In this document: positions 50,043-60,026 of the stretch, piece after piece
How the letters are laid out: the number at the start of each line of letters is the position of its first letter
Numbering within the stretch: the first letter of the stretch is position 1
Source of the DNA: an uncultured bacterium
Lineage (GTDB): Bacteria > Actinomycetota > Acidimicrobiia > Spongiisociales > ZC4RG35
Assembly: GCA_963745865.1 (NCBI GenBank)
Contig: CAVUYZ010000004.1
Location: 149,288 to 213,287 of the forward strand
Direction: 5' to 3'
DNA length: 64,000 nt
Translations under genes and position numbers: made by a program
The notes under the pieces: generated by a model
What the model was told of the DNA's origin: nothing
The model's database searches: none
The model's input: only the letters and a program-made list of their open reading frames with translations

Positions 50043-50918
50043 ATGGATCTCGGTTGGATAGGGCTTGGCGACATGGGGCAGGTGATCGTCCCCCGGTTGC
50101 TGGAGGCGGGGCATACGGTCACCGGCTGGAATCGCACCCGTTCGAAGGCCGATGCGCTGATCGAGGCGGGCATGGTCTGGGCCGACAGCCCCCGTGAGGT
50201 CGCCGAAGGCTCAGAGCTCGTCTTCTCGATGGTGACCAACGCCGACGCGGTCCGGTCGGTGGCGGTCGGGGAGGACGGCGTGATCGCCGGGCTCCGGTCC
50301 GCCGGCGTCTACATGGACATGTCGACGATCGATCCGCTGGTGAGCCGCGAGGTGTCGGCGGAGTTCGCTGCCCGCAGCCTGACCATGCTCGACGCCCCGC
50401 TGTCAGGCAGCCCGGTGACGGTCCGTCAGGGGACCGCATCGATCATGGTCGGCGGAGATCGCGATGCGTTCGATCGGGTGAGCCCGGTCCTCGGTGACAT
50501 CGGTTCCAAAGTCAGCTACATCGGAGGGTCGGGCACCGCAGTCCAGATGAAGGTCGCGATCAACCTCACGCTGATCGTCGAGATGGTGGTGTTCTGCGAG
50601 TCGGTCGCACTCGCCGAGAAGGGCGGCGTCGACCGGGCAGTCGCCGTCGACGCGATGCTCAAGAGCGTGGTTGCGTCGCCGGTGATGGGCTATCGCGGTC
50701 CCTTCATTCTCGATATGCCGGATACCCCGCTCGCCGACGTGACCCTGCAACAGAAGGACATGGTCCTGGCACTCGAGGTGGCCAGGCGACAGGGATCTCC
50801 GGCGCCACTCGGCGCGGTTGCGAACGAGCTCCTGAACGCCTGTCGCGGGCTCGGGATCGATCACCGCGACTTCGTCACCGTGTTCGACGTGTACCACCTG
50901 CTGGGAGGCGGGTCGTGA
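50043..50918 (+). CDS. NAD(P)-dependent 3-hydroxyisobutyrate/6-phosphogluconate dehydrogenase-like oxidoreductase
   Basis: MDLGWIGLGDMGQVIVPRLLEAGHTVTGWNRT (Rossmann fold)...MLDAPLSGSP.... Confidence 0.8.
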   Translation: MDLGWIGLGDMGQVIVPRLLEAGHTVTGWNRTRSKADALIEAGMVWADSPREVAEGSELVFSMVTNADAVRSVAVGEDGVIAGLRSAGVYMDMSTIDPLVSREVSAEFAARSLTMLDAPLSGSPVTVRQGTASIMVGGDRDAFDRVSPVLGDIGSKVSYIGGSGTAVQMKVAINLTLIVEMVVFCESVALAEKGGVDRAVAVDAMLKSVVASPVMGYRGPFILDMPDTPLADVTLQQKDMVLALEVARRQGSPAPLGAVANELLNACRGLGIDHRDFVTVFDVYHLLGGGS

Positions 50919-51325
50919 CCACCGACCGGTTCCTCACGAACCGTGCGGACGTGCCGTTCGTCCCCAACCTGCGCGAGGACGACGGATGGATCGACATGAA
51001 GGTGCAGTTCCTGATCGACGCCGCCAACGTCGGGACGGACGACTTCCTCCTCGGGTGGACGACGCTTCCTCCCAGTGCGCGGCACGACCGCCATCTCCAT
51101 CGGAACGCCGACGAGTTCTTCGTCGTCCTCCAGGGCTCAGGAGAGATCTACACCGACGACGGCCGTGAGCCGGCCGTCACCGGTGACGTGGTCTGGACTC
51201 CCCGTGGTCGATGGCACGGGTTCGACAACATCGGCGACGAGGACGTTGTTCTCGTATGGGGGTGGAGTGGCTGCGGCTCGCTCGAAGCGTCTGGCTACGA
51301 GGCCGATCACCGGGACGGGTCATGA
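50915..51325 (+). CDS. cupin-domain protein
   Basis: The GTG overlaps the upstream stop (GTGA). The product contains ..HDRHLHRNADEFFVVLQGSGEIY...PRGRWHGFDN. Confidence 0.65.
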   Translation: MTTDRFLTNRADVPFVPNLREDDGWIDMKVQFLIDAANVGTDDFLLGWTTLPPSARHDRHLHRNADEFFVVLQGSGEIYTDDGREPAVTGDVVWTPRGRWHGFDNIGDEDVVLVWGWSGCGSLEASGYEADHRDGS

Positions 51326-52032
51326 CCGATCCGTGGAGGGACCCTCGGGTCGTCGATGGTCTCGATCGTCAGTTCGAGCGGCGATCCGGATCGCTCGCGA
51401 CCGGGTCGAGTCATGTGGGATGGAAGGTCGGTTTCGGTGCGCCGACGTCGCTGGAGACCATGCAGATCTCGGCGCCGCTCCTGGGATATCTCACCAGCAG
51501 CACTGTTCTCGAGTCAGGGGCGTCGGTCGATAGTGGTGACTGGAAGCGCGGAATCGTCGAGTTCGAGGTGGCCGTCTACCTGTCGTCCGACCTCGGAGCC
51601 GGAGCTGGAGAGGACGAGGCCCGAGCGGCCGTGGGCGCTCTCGGACCGGCGATCGAACTGGCGAACATCGACCTGCCGATCGGCGCAGACGGCGTCGCAG
51701 ACATTCTCGCCGGTGACATCTTCCACGAAGCCGTGATCTTCGGGAGCCGTGACGATTCGCGAGCCGGTATCGACATCTCTGGGATGACCGGGCGAATCCT
51801 GATCGATGGCGAGCAGCGTGCGTCGGTGGTGGAGTTGGAGGAGATCACCGGCTCCTACCCGCAGATCGTCTCGACGGTCGCGAACACGCTCGCAGCGCGA
51901 GGAGAGCGTCTCCGAGCGGGCGACGTGATCATCACCGGGTCGATCATCCCGCCGATCCCTGTCTCGGAGGGAACGAACTTCACCTTCGCGCTGGATCCCT
52001 TTCCGCCGATCTCGGTCGACGTCACCGGCTGA
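51322..52032 (+). CDS. 2-keto-4-pentenoate hydratase / 2-oxohepta-3-ene-1,7-dioate hydratase-family (MhpD/HpcG-like) enzyme
   Basis: The ATG overlaps the upstream stop (ATGA). The product reads MTDPWRDPRVVDGLDRQ...GWKVGFGAP...PAIELANIDLP...GDVIITGS. Confidence 0.7.
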   Translation: MTDPWRDPRVVDGLDRQFERRSGSLATGSSHVGWKVGFGAPTSLETMQISAPLLGYLTSSTVLESGASVDSGDWKRGIVEFEVAVYLSSDLGAGAGEDEARAAVGALGPAIELANIDLPIGADGVADILAGDIFHEAVIFGSRDDSRAGIDISGMTGRILIDGEQRASVVELEEITGSYPQIVSTVANTLAARGERLRAGDVIITGSIIPPIPVSEGTNFTFALDPFPPISVDVTG

Positions 52033-52060
52033 GACCCGGTCGGGTGCGTCCCGCCCGCCG

Positions 52061-53290
52061 CTAGTCCTCGACGTCGCTGTCGATGGTGTATCGGGCCAGG
52101 ACCGGCATCTTCTTGGCGATCGCCACGGCCCCGACGATGCAGGCGATTCCGCCGGATACGACTGAGAACTGAGGACTGGTCACCGACGCCACGGCGCCAG
52201 CCTCGAAGTCTCCGAGGCGCGGTCCTCCGCTGACGACTGCGATGTGGATCGACGACAAGCGCCCGCGCAATCGATCAGGCACCGCGAGTTGGAGGATGGT
52301 GTTGCGGAATACCGCAGACACGACATCGGCTCCTCCCGCGATGGCCAGGAACAGGACCGCCAATGGCACGGTCCGGGCGAACCCGAAGCCGGCGATCGCC
52401 GCGCCCCAGACGATGACGGCGATGATGACCGCCCGGCCCTGACGGGTGATCGACCCCACCCATCCGGAGGTCACGGCGGCGATGAGGGCACCGGCACCGG
52501 GCGCGGCGTAGAGGAGGCCGACCGTCGTGGCATCGCCGCCGAGAACCGTCTCGCCAATCGCCGGGAAGAGTGCCTGGGGCATCCCGAAGATCATGGCATT
52601 GAGGTCGATGGCGAAGTTCGCCTGCAGCACCCGACGTGCTCTGAGGAAGGTGTATCCCTCCTTGATCGATTCCCATCCGAACCGCTGACCGCCACCCTCC
52701 GGTTCGAGTGGACCGACCCGGAACATGAACAGCGTGCCGAGCGCGAACGCGGTGGCCTCGATCGCGAACGTGAGTGTCAGGCTGGTTCTGGCGATCAGGA
52801 GACCGCCGATTGCCGGTCCGACCGTCTTGGCGATGTTGCCGAGCGTCTGGGTCAGGGCGAGCGCCGCCGGCAGCAGATCGCGGCCGACCAGGGCCGGAAC
52901 GGACGCCGATCGTGCCGGGTTGTCGAGGGCTGAGATGGCGGCGTTGAGACCGCTCAGCACGAAGATCGCCCACACCGCCGGAGACGAGATCGCTGCGTTG
53001 AATGCCAGGCCGATCGCCGTGGCCATCAGCCCCAGTTGTGCGATGACGAGCAGCTTGCGTCGATCGACCGAGTCCACGATTGCTCCGCCGACGACCGACG
53101 TGGCGAGGAGCGGGAGGAGTTGGGCGATACCGAGAGCGCCGACCAGGAACGTCGAGCCGGTGAGCTGATAGACCTGATACGGGACGGCCACCACGGTGAG
53201 CTGTCGTCCCAACCAGGCGAGGGCGAGCCCCGAGTACAGCCACCGGAAACCGGGAGAGCGTCGCAGGGGAGTGATGTCGACGAACAGCAT
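52061..53290 (-). CDS. MFS transporter (EntS/enterobactin-exporter-like subfamily)
   Basis: 409 aa with about 12 predicted helices, starting MLFVDITPLRRSPGFRWLYSGLALAWLGRQL.... Confidence 0.8.
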   Translation of the reverse strand: MLFVDITPLRRSPGFRWLYSGLALAWLGRQLTVVAVPYQVYQLTGSTFLVGALGIAQLLPLLATSVVGGAIVDSVDRRKLLVIAQLGLMATAIGLAFNAAISSPAVWAIFVLSGLNAAISALDNPARSASVPALVGRDLLPAALALTQTLGNIAKTVGPAIGGLLIARTSLTLTFAIEATAFALGTLFMFRVGPLEPEGGGQRFGWESIKEGYTFLRARRVLQANFAIDLNAMIFGMPQALFPAIGETVLGGDATTVGLLYAAPGAGALIAAVTSGWVGSITRQGRAVIIAVIVWGAAIAGFGFARTVPLAVLFLAIAGGADVVSAVFRNTILQLAVPDRLRGRLSSIHIAVVSGGPRLGDFEAGAVASVTSPQFSVVSGGIACIVGAVAIAKKMPVLARYTIDSDVED

Positions 53291-53357
53291 CGATGCAGCC
53301 CGGCGGGTCCGCGAGGTGCCCTCGTCGGGCCCGTTCCGCGACTCGGGGGGCTCCCCC

Positions 53358-54725
53358 TTACTCGGCGGCAGGGGATCCTGGCAGTTCGTTCAGAACGCAG
53401 GCGGCGACGTGCCCCTCGCCCCGAGCGGTGAGCAGCACCTCGTCGACCGGTGTGAAACGAATCGTGACCTTCCGTTCAGTGACCTCGAGCGTCTCGAGCG
53501 CTTGCTTCATCGGGCCAGGCACCGGTCCGGTTCGCACGGCCTCGGCCAAGGCCTGGGCTGACGCCTCGTCCTCGAAACCGAGTGTTCCGGAGAATTCATC
53601 GGTCCGCTCGACGTCCTCGATGGTGTCGAACAACCCTTCCTGATCCTGGAGCCAGCGGACGACATCGTCGAGTTCCCACCCGCAGACGGGTGTCGCAACC
53701 GGGCACCGCGTATGGAAGCGGCATCCCTGCGGGGGGCGTGCCGGGTCGGGGACGGTGCCTTCGAGGGGGCGCATCGGGAGATCGGCATCGTCAGAAATGT
53801 CGGGGCTGGCGGCGAGCAGCGCCTCGGTGTACGGATGATTGGGATGCTCGAAAATGTCAGCGGTTGCTCCGGCCTCGGCCACCTTTCCAAGGTACATGAC
53901 CACGATCTGATCGGCCATGTGCCGCACCACCGAGAGGTCGTGTGTGATGAAGAGATACGTGAGGTTTCGTTCGTCCTGCAGATCGTGCAGGAGGTTCAAG
54001 ATCTGCGCCTGGACCGAGACGTCGAGGGCGCTCGTCGGCTCATCCAGGACGACCATCTCGGGATCGAGAGCGAGGGCTCTGGCGATCGAGATGCGTTGCC
54101 GCTGGCCACCGGAGAATTGATGCGGGTACCGGTAGAGGTGTTGACGGCCAAGGCCGACCTGTTCCAACAACGCGACGACCCGGTCGGTCAGTTCGCTGCC
54201 CGATGCCTCCTTGTAGACCCGGAGGGGCCGGCCGACGATGTCCTTGATGAGCTGTCGCGGGTTGAGTGAGGAGAACGAGTCCTGGAACACGACCTGGCAG
54301 TTGCGTCGGTATCGTCGCCACTGCTCACCCTCGAGACGATCGACTCGATGAACACGGTCGAGTTCGCTCAGCTCCGCCCGCTGCTCTTCGGTGCGCGACG
54401 ACTCGGGGACCGAGAGAAGGGCGTCGAGCCGATCGCGCTCACGTCCGGCGAGATCGAAGAAGACTCCGCCCCCTGTTGGATCCATGAGCCCTGACAGACA
54501 ACGCCCGAGCGTCGTCTTCCCGCATCCGCTCTCGCCGACGAGCCCGACGGTTTGACCGCGCCGGATGTCGAAACTGACCCCGTCCACCGCCTTCACGCTC
54601 CCCACGACCCGTTGGAGGGCACCCTCGCGAATCGGGAAGTGCTTCTCGAGGCCTCTGACGGCCATGACGATCTCGCCCGGGTCCGATGCCTCACGTGGTC
54701 CGGTGGATGTGGCGGCGATCGTCAT
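53358..54725 (-). CDS. Opp/Dpp-type ABC ATPase (OppF-like) with internal insertion and ~100-aa C-terminal extension
   Basis: Walker A GESGCGKTT, signature FSGGQRQRISIARAL, Walker B LDEPTSALD and the oligopeptide C-terminal Cys motif CRFHTRCP..C. A further ~100 residues follow that motif. Confidence 0.85.
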   Translation of the reverse strand: MTIAATSTGPREASDPGEIVMAVRGLEKHFPIREGALQRVVGSVKAVDGVSFDIRRGQTVGLVGESGCGKTTLGRCLSGLMDPTGGGVFFDLAGRERDRLDALLSVPESSRTEEQRAELSELDRVHRVDRLEGEQWRRYRRNCQVVFQDSFSSLNPRQLIKDIVGRPLRVYKEASGSELTDRVVALLEQVGLGRQHLYRYPHQFSGGQRQRISIARALALDPEMVVLDEPTSALDVSVQAQILNLLHDLQDERNLTYLFITHDLSVVRHMADQIVVMYLGKVAEAGATADIFEHPNHPYTEALLAASPDISDDADLPMRPLEGTVPDPARPPQGCRFHTRCPVATPVCGWELDDVVRWLQDQEGLFDTIEDVERTDEFSGTLGFEDEASAQALAEAVRTGPVPGPMKQALETLEVTERKVTIRFTPVDEVLLTARGEGHVAACVLNELPGSPAAE

Positions 54726-56044
54726 GTTGTGCTCCGTGAATACGAGGGGGACTCGCCGTCGAAGCCCGTCGGCGGGTGATGAATGAAACAGGAGACGGGG
54801 TGGGAGACGTTTTCGTTGGAGAGCCGGGGGTCGGTGGTCTCACATACTGCAGTGCTGTGATTGCAGCGTCCGGCGAACCGGCATGACGGTTGTGGATCGA
54901 TCAGCTCGGGAACGGTTCCCTCGATGACGACGAGCCGGCCGCGTTTGTGCTGGGCGGACGGGACTGCGGCCAGCAACCCTCTCGTGTAGGGATGGAGTGG
55001 GTCGTCGAAGATCTGATTGGTTGGGCCGACCTCGGCGATCCGACCGGCATACATCACGGCGACCCGGTCACAGACGCGCCGGACGAGGGAGAGATCGTGG
55101 CTGATGTAGAGCACCGCGGTCTGATGGCGTCCCTGGAGCTCTCTGATCAGCTCGAGGATTCGGGCCTGCACGGTCACATCGAGCGCCGTCGTCGGTTCGT
55201 CGGCGATCAGCAGATCGGGGTTGCAGGCCAGCGCCTGGGCGATCATCACGCGCTGGCGCATTCCGCCTGACAACTCGTGGGGGTAACGCTCCATCACCTT
55301 GAGCGGGTTGGGGATCTGCGTCTCGGCGAGGGCATCGATCACCATCTCGTCGACGGCTTGATCGATCCGGTTGCGCCTCGAGCGCATTGGGGGGAGGGCG
55401 AGGGCCATCCGTTCGGGTATCCGAGAGTGGCGCGCGGCCCAGCGATGGAGCAGTGCCCCGGTGTCGTACGGGTCCATGCCGGCTCGAGTCAGGATCTCGG
55501 CCTCGCGGTGCTCATAGAACACCTCTCCGACCTGGTCGCGGATCGACATCGCAGGATTCAGCGCCTTGGCCGGATCCTGGAAGATCATGGCGATTCGATT
55601 GCCGCGGATGTCTCGGAGTCGCTTCTCTGGGATCGATGTCAGGTCGATGGTCTCGTCGCCCGTCTGGTCGCAGACGGCGCACCCTGCCCCAACGCAGTTG
55701 CTGCATGCCACAGCCTGTCGACCGCTGTTCGAACAGGTCGAGCAGCCGGAACCTGCGCAGTTGGAGCACGCTTCCTTCGGTCGGAAGAGGACCGAGCCGC
55801 CGACGTGCATGCCAGGAGGCATCGGGACGAGCCGGAGGAACGACCTCGCTGTCACGCTCTTGCCGCAACCCGTCTCCCCGACGAGACCAAGTGTCTCTCC
55901 GTCCTTGATGTCGAACGAGACGCCGTCGACGGCGTGGACGATTCCCTCCTTCGATCCGAAGTGGACCCTGAGGTCGACGACCGATGCGATTGCGTCGTTC
56001 GTCGCCGTTGGGGTGATTGCGTCGCTGGGTCCGGTCAATGTCAT
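54722..56044 (-). CDS. Opp/Dpp-type ABC ATPase (OppD-like) carrying a Cys-rich zinc-finger-like insertion
   Basis: From MTLTGPSD. It has [32 protein letters not shown] and a C-terminal CRFAGRC..C. Both of its ends share ATGA overlaps with the neighbouring genes. Confidence 0.85.
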   Translation of the reverse strand: MTLTGPSDAITPTATNDAIASVVDLRVHFGSKEGIVHAVDGVSFDIKDGETLGLVGETGCGKSVTARSFLRLVPMPPGMHVGGSVLFRPKEACSNCAGSGCSTCSNSGRQAVACSNCVGAGCAVCDQTGDETIDLTSIPEKRLRDIRGNRIAMIFQDPAKALNPAMSIRDQVGEVFYEHREAEILTRAGMDPYDTGALLHRWAARHSRIPERMALALPPMRSRRNRIDQAVDEMVIDALAETQIPNPLKVMERYPHELSGGMRQRVMIAQALACNPDLLIADEPTTALDVTVQARILELIRELQGRHQTAVLYISHDLSLVRRVCDRVAVMYAGRIAEVGPTNQIFDDPLHPYTRGLLAAVPSAQHKRGRLVVIEGTVPELIDPQPSCRFAGRCNHSTAVCETTDPRLSNENVSHPVSCFIHHPPTGFDGESPSYSRSTT

Positions 56045-56970
56045 CGCTTCGACTCCGTCCGGGGATCGAGAATGTCCCGGAGGCCGTCGCCCACGAGATT
56101 GAATGCGAGTGCCCATATGAACACCATCGCACCGGGGAAGGTGGATGCCCACCATCGGCCGGCGGAGATCCCTGCCTGTCCCTCCGACACGAGTACGCCC
56201 CATTCGGCGAGTCCTGCCTCGGCGAGGCCGATGAAGCTCAGGGTGGCGCCCACCAGGACGATGTGGCCCATGTCGAGCGTGGCTTGCACGACGACCGGAG
56301 TGACCGAGTTGGGCAGGATGTCTTTGAAGTAGATGCGCCAGCTCGAGTCGCCGACGGCGCGCGCCGCGTCGACGTACTCGTTCTGTTTGACGTGGATGAT
56401 CTGCGCTCGCATGATCCGGGCGTATTTGACCCAAAAGACCACCGCCAGAGCGAGGATGATGTTTCCGAACGACGGGCCGAGGACTGCTGCGATCGCCAGG
56501 GCAAAGATGAGCTCGGGGATCGACAGGAACACGTCGACGACGCGCATGAGGATCTCGTCGAACTTGCCGCCACGGAACCCTGCGACGCTGCCGACGGCGA
56601 CTCCGACGATGACGGTTATCCCGACGACGATGAGCGACAGGCGCAGAGACGTTCGAGCCCCCCAGATCACTCCGTAGAGCACGTCGCCGCCGTTGCCGGT
56701 GGTACCGAGCGGGTGCCCGGGCGTGCCGGGTGGAGCGTTGAGCGCTCCCCAGTCTCTGGGCATCTGGTAGGCGTCCGGCGTGTTCGCCTCGGCGATCAGC
56801 GGAGCGAACGCCGCCATGGCGAGCATCGCACAGATGAGGACGACTCCGGCGGCGGTGGTCGGGTTGGACATGATGTTGGCTGCGAGCTCACGTGCTCGTC
56901 GCAGCCTGGTCTGCAATGCCGACTCGGGTGCCGGCGCTACTCGCGGGAGTGGGCGTGTTGTATCAACCAT
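56041..56970 (-). CDS. Opp/Dpp-type ABC permease (OppC/DppC-like)
   Basis: 309 aa containing ..GTTGNGGDVLYGVIWGARTSL...EYVDAARAVG.... Confidence 0.85.
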   Translation of the reverse strand: MVDTTRPLPRVAPAPESALQTRLRRARELAANIMSNPTTAAGVVLICAMLAMAAFAPLIAEANTPDAYQMPRDWGALNAPPGTPGHPLGTTGNGGDVLYGVIWGARTSLRLSLIVVGITVIVGVAVGSVAGFRGGKFDEILMRVVDVFLSIPELIFALAIAAVLGPSFGNIILALAVVFWVKYARIMRAQIIHVKQNEYVDAARAVGDSSWRIYFKDILPNSVTPVVVQATLDMGHIVLVGATLSFIGLAEAGLAEWGVLVSEGQAGISAGRWWASTFPGAMVFIWALAFNLVGDGLRDILDPRTESKR

Positions 56971-56973
56971 GGT

Positions 56974-57987
56974 TCAGACTCCCAGGACGACTCGGCGGTC
57001 GAGATAGGCGTACATGACGTCGACAGCGAGGTTGACGAAGAGGAACAGGATGCTCGTGAACATGACGTAGGCCATGATCGTCGCCTGGTCGCCGCGGAGG
57101 ACGGCGTCGGCCATCCATCGCCCCATTCCGGGCCATCGGAAGATGATCTCGGCGACCACCGTTCCCTGGAGGAGGAATCCGAACGTCAGTCCGATCACCG
57201 TGACCGTCGGCATGAGTGCGTTGCGCCGGGCGTGTCGACGGAGGACGATGCGCTCGGGCAGGCCCTTGGCTCGCGCCGCATCGACGTACTCCTCCTGGAG
57301 TTCTTCGACCAGCGAGGATCGCATCATCCTCGTGATGATCGCTGTGGCCCCATAGCCCATCGTGAGTGCCGGGAGGGCCAGATGCCACACGGCGTCCACG
57401 AATGCTCGCCAGTTGCCGGCGAGGATCGAATCGATGGTGTAGAGGCCGGTGGGGTGGGCGATGGTCTGGAAGATGTCGGCGTCACTTCTGCCGATCGGGA
57501 ACCATCCCAGGTAAACCCAGAAAACGATGAGCATGAGAATCGCAAACCAGAACAGCGGCATGCTCGCACCGCTGATCGAGAATATTCGGGTGAAGTGATC
57601 GGGGAACCGGTTGCGTCTCGCCCCAGCAAATGTCCCGAGCGCGATACCCATTGTGACGGCGACGATCCCCGAGGCGACGGCGAGCTCCATCGTCGCGGCC
57701 AGCTTCGTCGGGAACACCTCGGTCACTGGAGCAGCGGCGACACCGGACCATCCGAGATCGCCTTGCAGCACGCCGCCCGCCCAGTAGACGTACTGGACGG
57801 GGAGTGGGTCGTTGAGATGGAACCGCTCCTCCAGTTCGGCTACCTCCCCGGCATCCATCTCGTGCGACAGGTAGATGCCGATGGGAGACCCGCCGATACG
57901 GGTCAGTGTGAACACCACGATCGACGTGCCGACGACGAGGAGCGGTAGGACCATCAGCCGTCTGAGTACGTAGTCCTTGATCTGCAT
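56974..57987 (-). CDS. Opp/Dpp-type ABC permease (OppB/DppB-like)
   Basis: From MQIKDYVLRRLMVLPLLVVGTSIVVF, with ...EYVDAARAKGLPERIVLRRHARRNAL.... Confidence 0.85.
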   Translation of the reverse strand: MQIKDYVLRRLMVLPLLVVGTSIVVFTLTRIGGSPIGIYLSHEMDAGEVAELEERFHLNDPLPVQYVYWAGGVLQGDLGWSGVAAAPVTEVFPTKLAATMELAVASGIVAVTMGIALGTFAGARRNRFPDHFTRIFSISGASMPLFWFAILMLIVFWVYLGWFPIGRSDADIFQTIAHPTGLYTIDSILAGNWRAFVDAVWHLALPALTMGYGATAIITRMMRSSLVEELQEEYVDAARAKGLPERIVLRRHARRNALMPTVTVIGLTFGFLLQGTVVAEIIFRWPGMGRWMADAVLRGDQATIMAYVMFTSILFLFVNLAVDVMYAYLDRRVVLGV

Positions 57988-58077
57988 GGTTTTGAGACGT
58001 CCGTTCGATTCGGTGGCGCGTGGTGTGGTCGGGCAATGGGGCGCCCTGGTGGCAGGGCGCCCCACTGCGGTCGCGGT

Positions 58078-59853
58078 CTACTTGTCGAAGAGGCTGAACT
58101 TCATGTTCGGCCGTGGCCACAGGGTGTTGACCGTGAAGCCGTCGACCCACTCACGATGGGCGTTGGCCACCCCTTCCTGTGCGGCGATGATCCACATCGG
58201 ATCCTCGTACAGCAGGCCCTGCAACTCCGAGTAGAGGGCCTCTCTGGTTGGGACGTCGATCTCGACCTTCGCCTGATCGATGAGCGAGGCGATCCGGTCG
58301 GGATCGCGATAGCCCTGGGCGAACCCGTGGACCTGGCCCCACTCACCGTCGGGGTGCTGATATGCCTGCATGAAGGCATGGGGGTCGGCGAACGGATCTG
58401 CGTTCTTCACCCACATCGCATAGGGCACCGGATCGGAGGCGTGGGCGTCGTCGAACTGTGCCTCTGCAACGGCCAGCACTCGGATCTCGAAGTTCGGGTT
58501 CAGCCGTTCGATCGAGTCCTTCAGCACCAGTGCTGCGGTCTCGAACAGGTTGGCAGCCTCGGTGATCACCGAGACGGTGAAGCCTTCGTCCCAGACGCCG
58601 GCTTCACGGAACAGCTCTTCGGCTCGTGCCGGATCGGCTTGGGTGTACTTGGGTGCGTCTTCGTCGTACCCGAAGATCCCCTGAGGGATGTAGTGCGAGT
58701 TGAAGTCGCCGACACCGCCGAGCGCGCCATTGAGGAACGCTTCGTAGTCGAAGGCGTGGTTGAACGCCTGGCGGATGAGGGGATCATGGAAGAAGTCGCC
58801 GGAGATCGTGTCTTCCGGGGGAAGCTGATCTTCCGGGACGTTCAGATTGAAGCCAATGTGAATCGGCTCGACCAGCAGACCGCCGGTGAAGACGGTCACT
58901 CCGTCGGCGTCGGTGAGATCGCCGATCAGTGACGGATCGGTCTCGATCATGTCGAAGTCACCGGCTCGGAGACCGAGGATGCGGACGTCCGGGTCCTGGA
59001 CGATCTCGATTCTGAGGTCGAGCGCCGGAGCGCCACCCCAGTAGTCGTCGTTGGCGGTGAAGATGAGGTTCTCGTTGCGGTTCCAGGTGTCGAACACGTA
59101 CGGTCCGGTTCCGATGGGCGTCGTCGCCATGAACTCGTTCCGCTCACCGTCGGCGAAACCACCGTTGGCCTCGACGACTTCGTCGCTCACGACGGAGGAC
59201 ACCATCTGGGTCACGACCGAGTTGAGGAACGCGGCGTTCCGCTCCTTGAGTGTGACGGAGAACGTGAAGTCGTCGACGACTTCCATGGTGTCGATGTTCT
59301 CGATGAGGATCTCAGAGCTCGATCCTGGGAGGTCGGAGGTCATGATCCGGTCCCACGAATAGAACACGTCGTTGGCATCGAGGGTGCTGCCGTCGTGGAA
59401 GGTGACGCCTTCGCGAATCGGGAAGGTGTACGTCAGGCCGTCCTCGGAAATGAGGCCATTGTCGTCAGTCGGTACTTCGGTGGAGAGGCTCGGCACGAGA
59501 TCGGGGCCGTCTGGCCCGAAGTCGACCAGCCGGTCGTAGACCTGAAGGATGACTGCTTCGCCGTATTCGCCGGCCTCGACCTCTGCGGGGTCGAGCGAGA
59601 GTGGTTCGTCGTCTGCGGCGAATACGAACACGCCAGGATTGTTCACCTCGGCGTCGCCGTCGGTCGGCTCGGTCGTGTCCGGGTCGCCGTCATCGCCGTC
59701 GCCGCCGGCAGCGGTCGTCTCGGTTCCGTCGGACGGGGTGGTCGTGTCGGTGCCCTCGTTGTCGGCGGATGTGCACGCTGTTGCGATCATCGTCAGCGCG
59801 ACGAGCATCGCCAACCAGCGCCACGGCCGGGCGGGGGTCTTCATTGGTTTCAT
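58078..59853 (-). CDS. family-5 (peptide/nickel) ABC substrate-binding lipoprotein
   Basis: ATG at 59853 follows ggaggagga. The product has the lipobox MKPMKTPARPWRWLAMLVALTMIATAC, an acidic linker and an SBP_bac_5-like body. Confidence 0.85.
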   Translation of the reverse strand: MKPMKTPARPWRWLAMLVALTMIATACTSADNEGTDTTTPSDGTETTAAGGDGDDGDPDTTEPTDGDAEVNNPGVFVFAADDEPLSLDPAEVEAGEYGEAVILQVYDRLVDFGPDGPDLVPSLSTEVPTDDNGLISEDGLTYTFPIREGVTFHDGSTLDANDVFYSWDRIMTSDLPGSSSEILIENIDTMEVVDDFTFSVTLKERNAAFLNSVVTQMVSSVVSDEVVEANGGFADGERNEFMATTPIGTGPYVFDTWNRNENLIFTANDDYWGGAPALDLRIEIVQDPDVRILGLRAGDFDMIETDPSLIGDLTDADGVTVFTGGLLVEPIHIGFNLNVPEDQLPPEDTISGDFFHDPLIRQAFNHAFDYEAFLNGALGGVGDFNSHYIPQGIFGYDEDAPKYTQADPARAEELFREAGVWDEGFTVSVITEAANLFETAALVLKDSIERLNPNFEIRVLAVAEAQFDDAHASDPVPYAMWVKNADPFADPHAFMQAYQHPDGEWGQVHGFAQGYRDPDRIASLIDQAKVEIDVPTREALYSELQGLLYEDPMWIIAAQEGVANAHREWVDGFTVNTLWPRPNMKFSLFDK

Positions 59854-59889
59854 GTGTCCTCCTCCTGAACAGTGCATGCGATTGTCTGG

Positions 59890-59905
59890 GTGCAATCGAT
59901 TGCAC
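59890..59905. promoter_or_regulatory. LacI-type palindromic operator candidate (site 6 of 7, perfect 16-bp palindrome)
   Basis: GTGCAATCGATTGCAC lies about 40 bp upstream of the SBP ATG. A degenerate copy, tgcatgcgattgtc, is at 59873..59886. Confidence 0.6.
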
Positions 59906-60026
59906 GGTTCAACCATACTTGGAGTTTTGCATCCACTCAACAATTATTTGTCTCCACTCAAGAACCCATCGAGACTCAAGAACCATCGAGAGAATTCAGA
60001 AACCCGTGCGGGCCGGATGATTGCGT

